From contig OZ253580.1 in assembly GCA_965263035.1 (NCBI GenBank), positions 1,376,001 to 1,440,000 of the forward strand: a DNA stretch of 64,000 nt, read 5' to 3'. Under the pieces are notes generated by a model. The model was given only the letters and a program-made list of their open reading frames with translations. It had not been told where the DNA came from and searched no databases. A program made the position numbers and the translations under genes. Below, piece after piece: positions 55,895-64,000 of this stretch; the first letter of the stretch is position 1, and each line of letters starts with the position of its first letter. Origin of the DNA: Acidobacteriota bacterium. GTDB lineage: Bacteria > Acidobacteriota > UBA6911 > RPQK01 > JAJDTT01.

Positions 55895-57873
55895 GGCGAT
55901 TCGAATGACCAGGCGCGGCCGTCCAGGGGCTCAGGATCTTCGACCTGAAACAACCGGTACAGCGTCGGCGCCACGTCCATGATGTGAGGATTCTCCGTAA
56001 CGATGGTGCGATTTGAGACCGCGAAACCCGCGGTGTCCGAAAAATCGGAAGCACAGTGGTCGCCGCTCCATTTCCTGAGGTTGGCGACGAGGACGTGCTC
56101 GGGCACCGCACCCAGGGCCGTCTGCCACGAAGTCCGGTAACCGGAGCGGAAGCTGAGCTGGATGTCTCCGGCATGCTCGATCTCTTCACCGGTGTAGATC
56201 TCGTCCCTGAAATAAGCGTTCTGCAGCACCGGTTCTCCGGTTTCCGGGTCCCGATACTCGAGAATATCGCGAGAGATTTCCCGGACCAGATCCATATAGC
56301 CGCGGCCGGGTTCGACGATTCCCTGACCCTCCCGCCCCTTCAGGTTCACGTAGATATGGCCCAGGCCCAGGGCGTAGGCTCGAGTCCGGCTCCAGTCCAC
56401 GTTGGGGAAGAAGCTTCCGCCGCGATAGACCTGCTCCATCCGCTTCAGATCAGTGTCGGCCCGCACGCCTTTGAGAACCACGAAACCATTCTCCAGGAGC
56501 CAGGTGTTGGTGTTGAATTCCTTGCGCCAGGAGTGAAACCCATGATCGGAAACGACCAGCAGCAGGTCCTGGGGATCCAGGTGCTCCAGGACTCGGGAAA
56601 GGATGGAGTCCATTTTCCGGTAGACGTTCAACAGGAATCTGCCGTAGGCCTGTGCGGCCTCCGGGTCGTAACGGGGATGATGGGGGTCGATGAAGCGGTA
56701 GAACATGTGGGCGGCGCTGTCGGTGGCCGTGAAAACGGCCGTGTACAGGGACGCCTTACCTCGTTCCAGCTCGTGCATCAGGAGCCGCTCCAGATGGTTC
56801 ATGTTGCGGAAGAGGTCCTCCAGAAAGACCTGCTCGTCGATCTGCTCCTCGTTCAGGCCCCAGGTCTCGTGGACCCAGCCGAGAGTCTTGAACGGGAAGA
56901 GTTGGGCGGCCAGGTCTTCCGAGTAACCGGCCGGACTCGATAGAGGCAGGATGGGATCGGCCGGATCGAGGCTGATGGGCATCAGGTAGAGCCTCACTTC
57001 GGGAAATGTCTCCAGTACGTAGAAGCGGCTGATTCCGCGGATCTTGACCAGGGGCCCCGCGGAGAAGGCGAAGCGGAACCAGTCGCTCCACTGTCCCTCG
57101 TCGACCTCCTCTTCCTGATCCTGGAGCCTCAGCGTCAGGGAGGTCGACTGCGGGTCCAACTCCACCGACAGCGGGATCGTCAGCCGGACCAGGTCCTCTT
57201 CTCTGGGGTCGGCGGGTCCGTCGATCTGCGCTTGAAAACGGCCGTCCTGCTCTTCCAGGCGGATCACCCGGCCGCCGAACTCCGTATCCTGCAGGTCCCA
57301 GCGGCTCACGTCGGTGGAGAGGTAGAAGTAGGTCCCCCAGGTCCCCCGGACGTCGGGCACGCCCAGCCCCGACAGCGTGGTCCCATGGTCCAGGGACCGG
57401 GCCGGGAACTCCAGGGGAAGCCGCAGATTGGCGGTGACGATGCCGGATCGATCCAGTTGCTCCCAAAAGGGGACGCCCTTGCGGTTGTTGGTCAATCGGG
57501 CTCCGCGGATGGGGATGGTCTTGAACAGGAAGCGAGGCTTTTCCACCGTCACCAGCCCGATGTCGGGCATGTAGGTGACCGGGTCCCGCCGGAGAAAGTC
57601 GAAGATTCCGTGCCGGCCTGGATTGAGTCCGGTGGCGAAACTGGCCCAGGCCACGGGGGACGCGGGAGGGTTGGTGGTTCCCAGGGTCGACAGGGTCCCC
57701 TGCTCCCCCAGGCGGCGGATAGTGGGAAGCTCTTCGATCCATCGATCCACCAGGTCGGGATCCACACCGTCGAAGCCCAGGACCACGACCTTGAACCCTG
57801 TACGCCTGGGGTCAGGCGTACAGAAGGATCCCAGAAGGACGATCAGAATGAGTCCCAGCCGACTCCAGGTCAT
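55891..57873 (-). CDS. Alkaline phosphatase superfamily (phosphodiesterase/NPP-type) exported protein
   Basis: VLGFDG, SPVAW.SF.TG.NPG.HGIFDF, SDHGF, SGDH; N-terminal signal with a possible lipobox Cys. Confidence 0.88.
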   Translation of the reverse strand: MTWSRLGLILIVLLGSFCTPDPRRTGFKVVVLGFDGVDPDLVDRWIEELPTIRRLGEQGTLSTLGTTNPPASPVAWASFATGLNPGRHGIFDFLRRDPVTYMPDIGLVTVEKPRFLFKTIPIRGARLTNNRKGVPFWEQLDRSGIVTANLRLPLEFPARSLDHGTTLSGLGVPDVRGTWGTYFYLSTDVSRWDLQDTEFGGRVIRLEEQDGRFQAQIDGPADPREEDLVRLTIPLSVELDPQSTSLTLRLQDQEEEVDEGQWSDWFRFAFSAGPLVKIRGISRFYVLETFPEVRLYLMPISLDPADPILPLSSPAGYSEDLAAQLFPFKTLGWVHETWGLNEEQIDEQVFLEDLFRNMNHLERLLMHELERGKASLYTAVFTATDSAAHMFYRFIDPHHPRYDPEAAQAYGRFLLNVYRKMDSILSRVLEHLDPQDLLLVVSDHGFHSWRKEFNTNTWLLENGFVVLKGVRADTDLKRMEQVYRGGSFFPNVDWSRTRAYALGLGHIYVNLKGREGQGIVEPGRGYMDLVREISRDILEYRDPETGEPVLQNAYFRDEIYTGEEIEHAGDIQLSFRSGYRTSWQTALGAVPEHVLVANLRKWSGDHCASDFSDTAGFAVSNRTIVTENPHIMDVAPTLYRLFQVEDPEPLDGRAWSFESP

Positions 57874-58040
57874 GATCCCTCCCGCGTCCGTTCTTTGGGC
57901 GGAGTGGTCCCGGCTTGCATATCCGCCGTCCAGTCTACTACGACCCCGCGAATCTCAGACACAGGGAACGAACCACCGGCGCAGGGACCACGGCAGGTTC
58001 ACGACTTCGCCTTTCGTCCCCAGAATGGGTCCTCGGTTAA

Positions 58041-58203
58041 CAGCCCGTGGCAAAAGTCGTCACGGCATTCGACCGTCCCTGCATCGTGCGCGGACTGCGT
58101 TGCGAACTCGGTCACATACTCCCGGTAGGCTCCCTCATTGCGCCTTGTCCGGCGGCGGGCGCAGGAATGGTCTCGGTGCTCGCGGGACTTTCACCACGGA
58201 CTG
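58041..58203 (+). mobile_element. MITE family B, full intergenic copy
   Basis: 163 bp; imperfect TIR CAGCCCGTGGCAAAAGTC / GACTTTCACCACGGACTG; TSD TTAA on both sides. Confidence 0.92.
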
Positions 58204-58334
58204 TTAAACGCCCATGTGGACGAGTGTCGAGACAGCATATTCCAAGACTCGCCGCGGCCCGATATCGGGTCCGTTCGTTGACACCATCCGGGCCCTTCAC
58301 TAAGATGCATTCTCCGCAAGCGGGGGAGCCAAGT

Positions 58335-58832
58335 GTGGAGCAAATCGTCTTTTACGTGTTTGCAGCCGTAGCCGTCGGCTCCGCTCTCATGGTGATCCTC
58401 CAGCAGCGCGCCGTCTACAGCGCATTCTCCCTGATCGTCTGCTTCGGCGCTTTGGCCGTCCTCTACTTTCAGTTGGGAGCCGCCCTCGTCGCCGCTCTGC
58501 AGGTCATCGTTTACGCCGGGGCCATCATGGTCCTGTTCCTGTTCGTGATCATGCTTCTGGATCCGAAGTCGGAGATTTTCGGTCCCGACCGGTTCAAGAA
58601 GACGGCCTTGGCCGCATTGCCCGCGGCCGCCTTTCTGGCGTTTGTCCTGCTTCGCGTCTTCCCGGCGTGGAGTCCCCGCGGATCAGGCGACCCCCTCGGA
58701 TCAGGCGAAGGTCCGAAGCGGATCGCCCAGCTTCTCTTCCGGGACTATCTGCTGCCCTTCGAGGTCACCTCCATCCTGATTCTGGTGGCCATTCTGGGCG
58801 CCGTCGTCCTGGTCAAGCATAGTCCCGATTGA
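58335..58832 (+). CDS. nuoJ: NADH-quinone oxidoreductase subunit J
   Basis: QVIVYAGAIMVLFLFVIMLL, YLLPFE; GTG start. Confidence 0.96.
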   Translation: MEQIVFYVFAAVAVGSALMVILQQRAVYSAFSLIVCFGALAVLYFQLGAALVAALQVIVYAGAIMVLFLFVIMLLDPKSEIFGPDRFKKTALAALPAAAFLAFVLLRVFPAWSPRGSGDPLGSGEGPKRIAQLLFRDYLLPFEVTSILILVAILGAVVLVKHSPD

Positions 58833-59140
58833 TGGGTATGGTCCCTGCCACTCATTACCTGGCGCTGGGCGCGGTTCTCTTCGTCATCGGCGTCGCCGGC
58901 TTCATCGTCAGACGCAACGTCATAACCATGTTCATGTCGGTGGAATTGATGCTCAACGCCGTCAACCTCACGTTTCTGGCCTACGCGCGGACGTGGAGCC
59001 AGGTGGACGCCCACATCTTCGTCTTCTTCGTCATGACCGTGGCCGCGGCGGAGGCGGCGGTGGGTCTGGCGCTGATCCTGGGTCTCGACCGGCACTCCCA
59101 GACCCTGGACATCGACTCCGCCAACAAGCTTCAGGGCTGA
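58832..59140 (+). CDS. nuoK: NADH-quinone oxidoreductase subunit K
   Basis: RRN, ELMLNA.N, VAAAEAAVGLAL. Confidence 0.97.
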   Translation: MGMVPATHYLALGAVLFVIGVAGFIVRRNVITMFMSVELMLNAVNLTFLAYARTWSQVDAHIFVFFVMTVAAAEAAVGLALILGLDRHSQTLDIDSANKLQG

Positions 59141-59142
59141 CC

Positions 59143-61080
59143 ATGACCGAGTACTTCTGGCTGGCCCTGGTCCCACCCCTCGCCGGCTTCCTGTTCAACG
59201 GCCTGGTGGGAAAGCGGCTGCCGGCTCGCATCGTCTCCGGCGTCGGCTGCGCGGCCACCGGAGCCAGCTTCCTGTTTCTGCTGTCCGTCTTCGCCGAGTT
59301 CATCCGGCTGCCGGCACCGGAGCAGCAGATCGTCCACCGCCTCTTCACCTGGATTCAGGCGGGGACCTTCACCGCCGAGTGCAGCTTCCTGCTGGACCCT
59401 CTGTCCATGATCATGCTCCTGGTCATCACGGGAGTCGGATTCCTGATTCACGTCTACTCCACGGCCTACATGAAGGGTGAGACGGGTCTGTACCGCTATT
59501 TTTCCTACCTCAACCTCTTCGTGTTCATGATGTCCCTGCTGGTGATGGCGGGAAACTACCTGTTGCTGTTCGTGGGGTGGGAAGGGGTGGGCCTCTGCTC
59601 CTATCTCCTGATCGGCTACTACATTGAACGGAAGAACGCCGGCGATGCGGCCAAGAAGGCCTTCGTCGTCAATCGGGTGGGGGACGCCTGTTTTCTGCTG
59701 GGCGTCTTTCTCATCTTCAAGACCTTCGGGACTCTGGAGTTCGGATCCCTCTTCGAAACCGTGAGCCGGACCCATCCCCAACCCGAGAGCGGGTTCACCG
59801 TGCTGGCGGCAATCACTCTGCTCCTGTTTCTGGGGGCGACGGGCAAGAGCGCCCAGATCCCGCTTCAGGTCTGGCTGCCGGACGCCATGGAGGGACCCAC
59901 TCCGGTGAGCGCCCTGATCCACGCCGCCACCATGGTGACCGCCGGCGTCTACCTGGTGGTGCGCTCGGCCGCGCTCTACAGCCGGGCGCCCGACGTGCTC
60001 CTCCTGGTGGCCATCGTCGGAGTCCTGACGGCGCTCCTGGCGGCCCTCACGGCGTTGGTCCAGCGGGACATCAAGAAGGTCCTGGCGTACTCCACCATCA
60101 GCCAACTGGGCTACATGTTCATGGCGCTGGGGGTGGGCGCCTTCAGCACCGGGATCTTTCATCTGTTCACCCACGCCTTCTTCAAGGCCCTGCTCTTCCT
60201 GGGGGCGGGCAGCGTCCTGCTGCGGCTTCATCACGAGTTGGACCTGTTCCGCATGGGGGGGCTGAAGAACTCCCTGAAAGTGACCTGTTGGACCATGTGG
60301 GTGGGGACCGCGGCCCTGGCCGGAATTTTCCCCCTGTCCGGGTTCTTCTCCAAAGACGAGATTCTGTGGAGAGCGCTCGACAGTCCCCTGGGGCATCCGG
60401 TCTTCTGGGTAGCGGGCCTGGTGGTGGCCGGGCTCACCGCCTTCTACATGTGCCGGCTCATGTTCCTGGCCTTCTACGGCAAGGCCGCCCACGGCCACGA
60501 GGAATCCGGCTCGGAAGCGGGAACCGCCGTCACCGCGCCCCTGGCCATCCTGGCCGGAGCGGCGGCGGTCGCCGGAGTCGCCGGTCTGCCGGCCTACCTG
60601 GGCGACCACCGTTTGGACGACTTTCTGGCTCCCGTGTTCCGGTTCACCTACGACCATGGCGTCTCGGCGGGTCACGGAGCCTCCCACAGCCTGGAATTGC
60701 TGGCGGGTGGCGCCGCCCTGGCCGTCAGTCTGTTGGGCGCCGCCCTGGCCTACCGTCTCTACGCCGGAGACCGGTCTCTCCCCCGGCGGCTGGCCGACCG
60801 GTTGCCGGGACTCCACGGCACGCTCCTGCAGCAGTTCCGGATCGATCAGGCCTATTCCCTGTTCGTGGTCGGCGGTCTCAAAGCGCTGTCCAGGCGGGTG
60901 TTGTGGAGAGTCGTCGACGTGGGCATCGTGGACGGAGCGGTCAACGGCACCGCCTCCCTGTTTCGGCGATGGAGCGGCGTGGCGAGCCGGATGCAGAGCG
61001 GGAACACCCGCACCTACGCGGCCTGGATCGTGACCGGCGCCGCCCTCGTTTTCCTGTATCTCTATAGTGTGATCGGTTGA
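59143..61080 (+). CDS. nuoL: NADH-quinone oxidoreductase subunit L
   Basis: GWEGVGLCSYLLIG, GKSAQ.PL..WLPDAMEGPTP, HAFFKALLFL. Confidence 0.97.
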   Translation: MTEYFWLALVPPLAGFLFNGLVGKRLPARIVSGVGCAATGASFLFLLSVFAEFIRLPAPEQQIVHRLFTWIQAGTFTAECSFLLDPLSMIMLLVITGVGFLIHVYSTAYMKGETGLYRYFSYLNLFVFMMSLLVMAGNYLLLFVGWEGVGLCSYLLIGYYIERKNAGDAAKKAFVVNRVGDACFLLGVFLIFKTFGTLEFGSLFETVSRTHPQPESGFTVLAAITLLLFLGATGKSAQIPLQVWLPDAMEGPTPVSALIHAATMVTAGVYLVVRSAALYSRAPDVLLLVAIVGVLTALLAALTALVQRDIKKVLAYSTISQLGYMFMALGVGAFSTGIFHLFTHAFFKALLFLGAGSVLLRLHHELDLFRMGGLKNSLKVTCWTMWVGTAALAGIFPLSGFFSKDEILWRALDSPLGHPVFWVAGLVVAGLTAFYMCRLMFLAFYGKAAHGHEESGSEAGTAVTAPLAILAGAAAVAGVAGLPAYLGDHRLDDFLAPVFRFTYDHGVSAGHGASHSLELLAGGAALAVSLLGAALAYRLYAGDRSLPRRLADRLPGLHGTLLQQFRIDQAYSLFVVGGLKALSRRVLWRVVDVGIVDGAVNGTASLFRRWSGVASRMQSGNTRTYAAWIVTGAALVFLYLYSVIG

Positions 61081-62612
61081 TGCCCTTGGCTGCGTATCCG
61101 CTGAGTCTGTTGCTGTTGATTCCGCTGACCGGTGCGGCCGTGGTCTGCCTGCTCCCGTCCGGTCGAGAACGACTCCTGAAATGGGCCGCGCTGATCGCAT
61201 CCCTGGCGGCGTTTCTCTGGTCGGTCGTTCTCTTCAGGGATTTCGACAACCAGACCGGATCCTTCCAGATGGTGGAGCAGGCCGACTGGTTCCAGACGGT
61301 CGGTTTTCGAGTCCAATACTACCTGGGCCTGGACGGGATCAGCCTGCTCCTGGTGCTCCTGACCACGGTCCTGATCCCCTTGGCGCTGTTGTCCAGCTGG
61401 AACCTGAAGGACAAGCTCAAGCTCTACCTGGCCTCCATCCTGCTACTGGAGGTGGGGATCCTGGGCGTTTTCCTGGCTCTGGACCTGATCCTCTTCTACG
61501 TCTTCTGGGAGGTCTCCCTGATTCCCATGTACTTCCTGATCGGGATCTGGGGGTCGAGCCGGCGGATCTACGCCGCGGTGAAGTTCTTCATCTTCACCAT
61601 GGCCGGTTCGCTGCTGATGTTGGCGGGGATCGTCCTCCTCTATTCCCTGCTGGGAACCGGCAACTTCGATCTGGTGGAGATGATCGCAATCTTGAATCGG
61701 GGCGAGACGATTCTCTCCCCGGGAATGGAATACGCCCTCTTCGGCCTGTTCTTCGTCGCGTTCGCCGTCAAGGTGCCCGTCTTTCCCCTGCACACCTGGC
61801 TGCCGGACGCCCACACCGAAGCCCCCACGGCGGCTTCGGTGATCCTGGCCGGAGTCCTCCTCAAGATGGGGGCCTACGGGCTCCTGCGCTTCTGCCTGCC
61901 CCTCTTCCCCTGGGCGTCGGCTCAACTGGCGCCGGCGATCTGCATCCTGGCGTTGATCGGAATCATCTACGGCGCGCTGGTGGCCATGGTGCAACCCGAC
62001 CTGAAGCGGCTCGTGGCCTACTCTTCCGTCAGCCACCTGGGCTTCGTGGTGCTGGGAATCTTCTCCTTCAGCTTTCAGTCCATGGAGGGAGCGGCCTACC
62101 AGATGCTCAACCACGGAGTCTCCACCGGAGCCCTGTTCCTCCTGGTGGGCATCCTCTACGATCGCCGCCACACCCGCCGGATCGACGAGTTCGGAGGGCT
62201 GGCTCATTCCATGCCGCGCTACTCGGCCTGCTTCTTCATTGTCCTGCTGGGAAGCATCGGGCTGCCCGGCCTCGGCGGGTTCGTAGGCGAGTTTCTCATT
62301 CTCCAGGGGACCTTTCTCACCAGTGTCCCGTCCGCCGCCGTTGCGGTCTGCGGAGTGGTCCTTTCGGCGGCCTACATGCTCTGGATGTACCAGCGGGTCT
62401 TTCTGGGACGGGTGGAGAAGGAGGAGAACCGCCGGCTCCCGGACCTGAGCCTCCGGGAGGGAGCGATGCTGATTCCGGCCATCGCCCTTTCGCTCTGGAT
62501 GGGGATCGGCTCCGGCACCTTTCTGAGAACCATGGACGGCAGCATTCAACTGCTGGTGGACCGGTTGGACCAGGTACAGCACGCACAGGTAGTCCGAAGC
62601 GATGTCCCTTAA
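61080..62612 (+). CDS. nuoM: NADH-quinone oxidoreductase subunit M
   Basis: FYVFWE, P.FPLHTWLPDAH.EAP, LLKMG.YG, AYSSVSH. Confidence 0.97.
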   Translation: MPLAAYPLSLLLLIPLTGAAVVCLLPSGRERLLKWAALIASLAAFLWSVVLFRDFDNQTGSFQMVEQADWFQTVGFRVQYYLGLDGISLLLVLLTTVLIPLALLSSWNLKDKLKLYLASILLLEVGILGVFLALDLILFYVFWEVSLIPMYFLIGIWGSSRRIYAAVKFFIFTMAGSLLMLAGIVLLYSLLGTGNFDLVEMIAILNRGETILSPGMEYALFGLFFVAFAVKVPVFPLHTWLPDAHTEAPTAASVILAGVLLKMGAYGLLRFCLPLFPWASAQLAPAICILALIGIIYGALVAMVQPDLKRLVAYSSVSHLGFVVLGIFSFSFQSMEGAAYQMLNHGVSTGALFLLVGILYDRRHTRRIDEFGGLAHSMPRYSACFFIVLLGSIGLPGLGGFVGEFLILQGTFLTSVPSAAVAVCGVVLSAAYMLWMYQRVFLGRVEKEENRRLPDLSLREGAMLIPAIALSLWMGIGSGTFLRTMDGSIQLLVDRLDQVQHAQVVRSDVP

Positions 62613-64000
62613 CACCATTGCCCTGCTCCCGGAGATCCTTCTGGCCGTGGCCGGCATTCTGCTCATGTTGGCCATTCCCGTCCTTCCGTCTCGCCACCAG
62701 GTTCGACTGGGATACGCCGCCTCGCTGATCCTGGCCGCAGCGCTGGTCGTCGCTCTGCTCCAATGGGGCGATCACGGCCCCGCCTTCTTCGGCATGGTGT
62801 CCATGGACCCGTTGGGCGGCGGCGCCAGGATCCTGTTTCTGGTCTCCAGCGCAGCGGTTGCCCTGATTTCGGTCTCCTACCTGAAGCGGGAGCAGTTGCG
62901 GCACGGCGAATACTTCCCTCTCCTGCTGATGGCGACGGTGGGGATGTCGCTCATGGCCGTGAGCGCCGACCTCATCATGACCTTCCTGGGACTGGAGATC
63001 CTTTCCATCTCCAGCTACGTCCTGGCCGGCTATCGCCGGGGGGATCCCAGGTCGAACGAGTCGGCCCTCAAGTACTTCCTGCTGGGGGCATTCTCCACGG
63101 CGTTCATGCTCTACGGGATCGCCCTCCTTTACGGCGCGACGGGATCGACGAAATATTCCAGGATCGCCGAGTCGGCGACCCAGGGACAGGCGGACCAGGC
63201 TACTTTTCTCGTGGGTCTCGGACTGCTTTTGGTGGGATTCGGCTTCAAGGCGGCCCTGGCGCCGTTGCACGTCTGGACTCCGGACGTCTACCAGGGAGCC
63301 CCGATTCCCATCACCGCCCACTTGGCAGTGGGCTCCAAGGCGGCCGTCCTGATCACGCTGCTGCGCCTCCTTCATCAGGTATTCCCGGAGAGCGCCGACC
63401 AATGGCAATACCTGCTCTGGATCGCCAGCGCCGCGACCATGATCATCGGCAACGTGGCGGCACTGACCCAGACCGACGTCAAGCGCCTCCTGGCCTATTC
63501 CTCCATCGCCCACGCCGGTTACATCCTGCTCGGCGTCATCGCCAACAGCCCGCGGGGCGCCCAGGGGGTTCTCTTCTATCTGGCGGCGTACTCCCTCATG
63601 ACGCTGGGAGCGTTCGCCGTGGTGCAGGTCTTCTCCCGCCGGGACGAGCAGTTCACCTCGCTCGAGGACTACCGGGGGATCGGCTATCGCTATCCGCTTC
63701 TGAGCGTCTCCCTGACCATCTTTCTCCTCTCCCTGATCGGAATCCCGCCGACAGCGGGATTTTATGGAAAGCTCTTCCTCTTCTCGGCCGCAGTCGAGGC
63801 GGACCTGATCGCCCTGGTGATTCTGGCGGTGCTGGCCTCGGCCGTGGGACTCTACTACTACCTGCAGCTCATCGTCCTGATGTTCATGAAGGAGGCGTCC
63901 TCGCCGCCGGAGCCCGTTCCGATACCTCTGGCGGCACGGATCGTGATACTACTAATGGCCGCTGGAACCCTCTACCTGGGGGTCTACCCGGCGCAGGTTC
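62602..64000 (+). CDS. nuoN: NADH-quinone oxidoreductase subunit N (runs off the window end)
   Basis: Translated by eye: MSLNTIALLPEI..., ESALKYFLLGA, HVWTPDVYQGAP, KRLLAYSSIAHAGY, SLIGIPPTAGF. Confidence 0.95.
   Translation, partial: MSLNTIALLPEILLAVAGILLMLAIPVLPSRHQVRLGYAASLILAAALVVALLQWGDHGPAFFGMVSMDPLGGGARILFLVSSAAVALISVSYLKREQLRHGEYFPLLLMATVGMSLMAVSADLIMTFLGLEILSISSYVLAGYRRGDPRSNESALKYFLLGAFSTAFMLYGIALLYGATGSTKYSRIAESATQGQADQATFLVGLGLLLVGFGFKAALAPLHVWTPDVYQGAPIPITAHLAVGSKAAVLITLLRLLHQVFPESADQWQYLLWIASAATMIIGNVAALTQTDVKRLLAYSSIAHAGYILLGVIANSPRGAQGVLFYLAAYSLMTLGAFAVVQVFSRRDEQFTSLEDYRGIGYRYPLLSVSLTIFLLSLIGIPPTAGFYGKLFLFSAAVEADLIALVILAVLASAVGLYYYLQLIVLMFMKEASSPPEPVPIPLAARIVILLMAAGTLYLGVYPAQV

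Noticed and set aside
58047-58334. N-terminal extension of nuoJ through MITE-B
   Set aside because: Homology to NuoJ starts at GTG 58335, which has its own GGGGAG RBS; the upstream open frame is incidental.
1-64000. CRISPR array or cas genes
   Set aside because: No regularly spaced direct repeats with unique spacers; the repeats seen are dispersed MITEs and IS copies.

Overview
High-GC bacterial chromosome segment. The gene content and order (atpF'-atpF-atpH block, bshC-bshB1, split nuoJ-N, M48 protease with PTLKR tail) suggest an Acidobacteriota-like host; this is inference. Housekeeping and metabolic genes include atpFFH, mmsA, proC, bioB, ruvX-mltG, a heterodimeric ABC exporter, bshC/B1, comEA, phnA, pilD, a TolC, nnr-tsaE, four minor pilins, menG/ubiE, aroB, a thiS-thiG fusion, nuoJKLMN and tRNA-Val(TAC). 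Mobile DNA is dense: two copies of a 2.46-kb IS4/Tn5-like element with a DUF4338-fused transposase inserted on TAG stop codons with 8-bp TSDs, three copies of a 167-bp MITE, a second ~162-bp MITE family that has inserted in frame into two genes, and a 649-bp element with 24-bp TIRs and an 8-bp TSD carrying an internally deleted tnpB. The strongest candidates for undescribed biology are (1) a four-gene operon resembling plant prenol salvage (FLDH-like reductase, fused VTE5-VTE6-like kinases, homogentisate-prenyltransferase-like UbiA, AlkP-family enzyme), (2) TnpB enclosed by DDE-type TIRs, and (3) MITE-derived in-frame protein insertions. All family assignments come from motif recognition by eye; no database searches were run.
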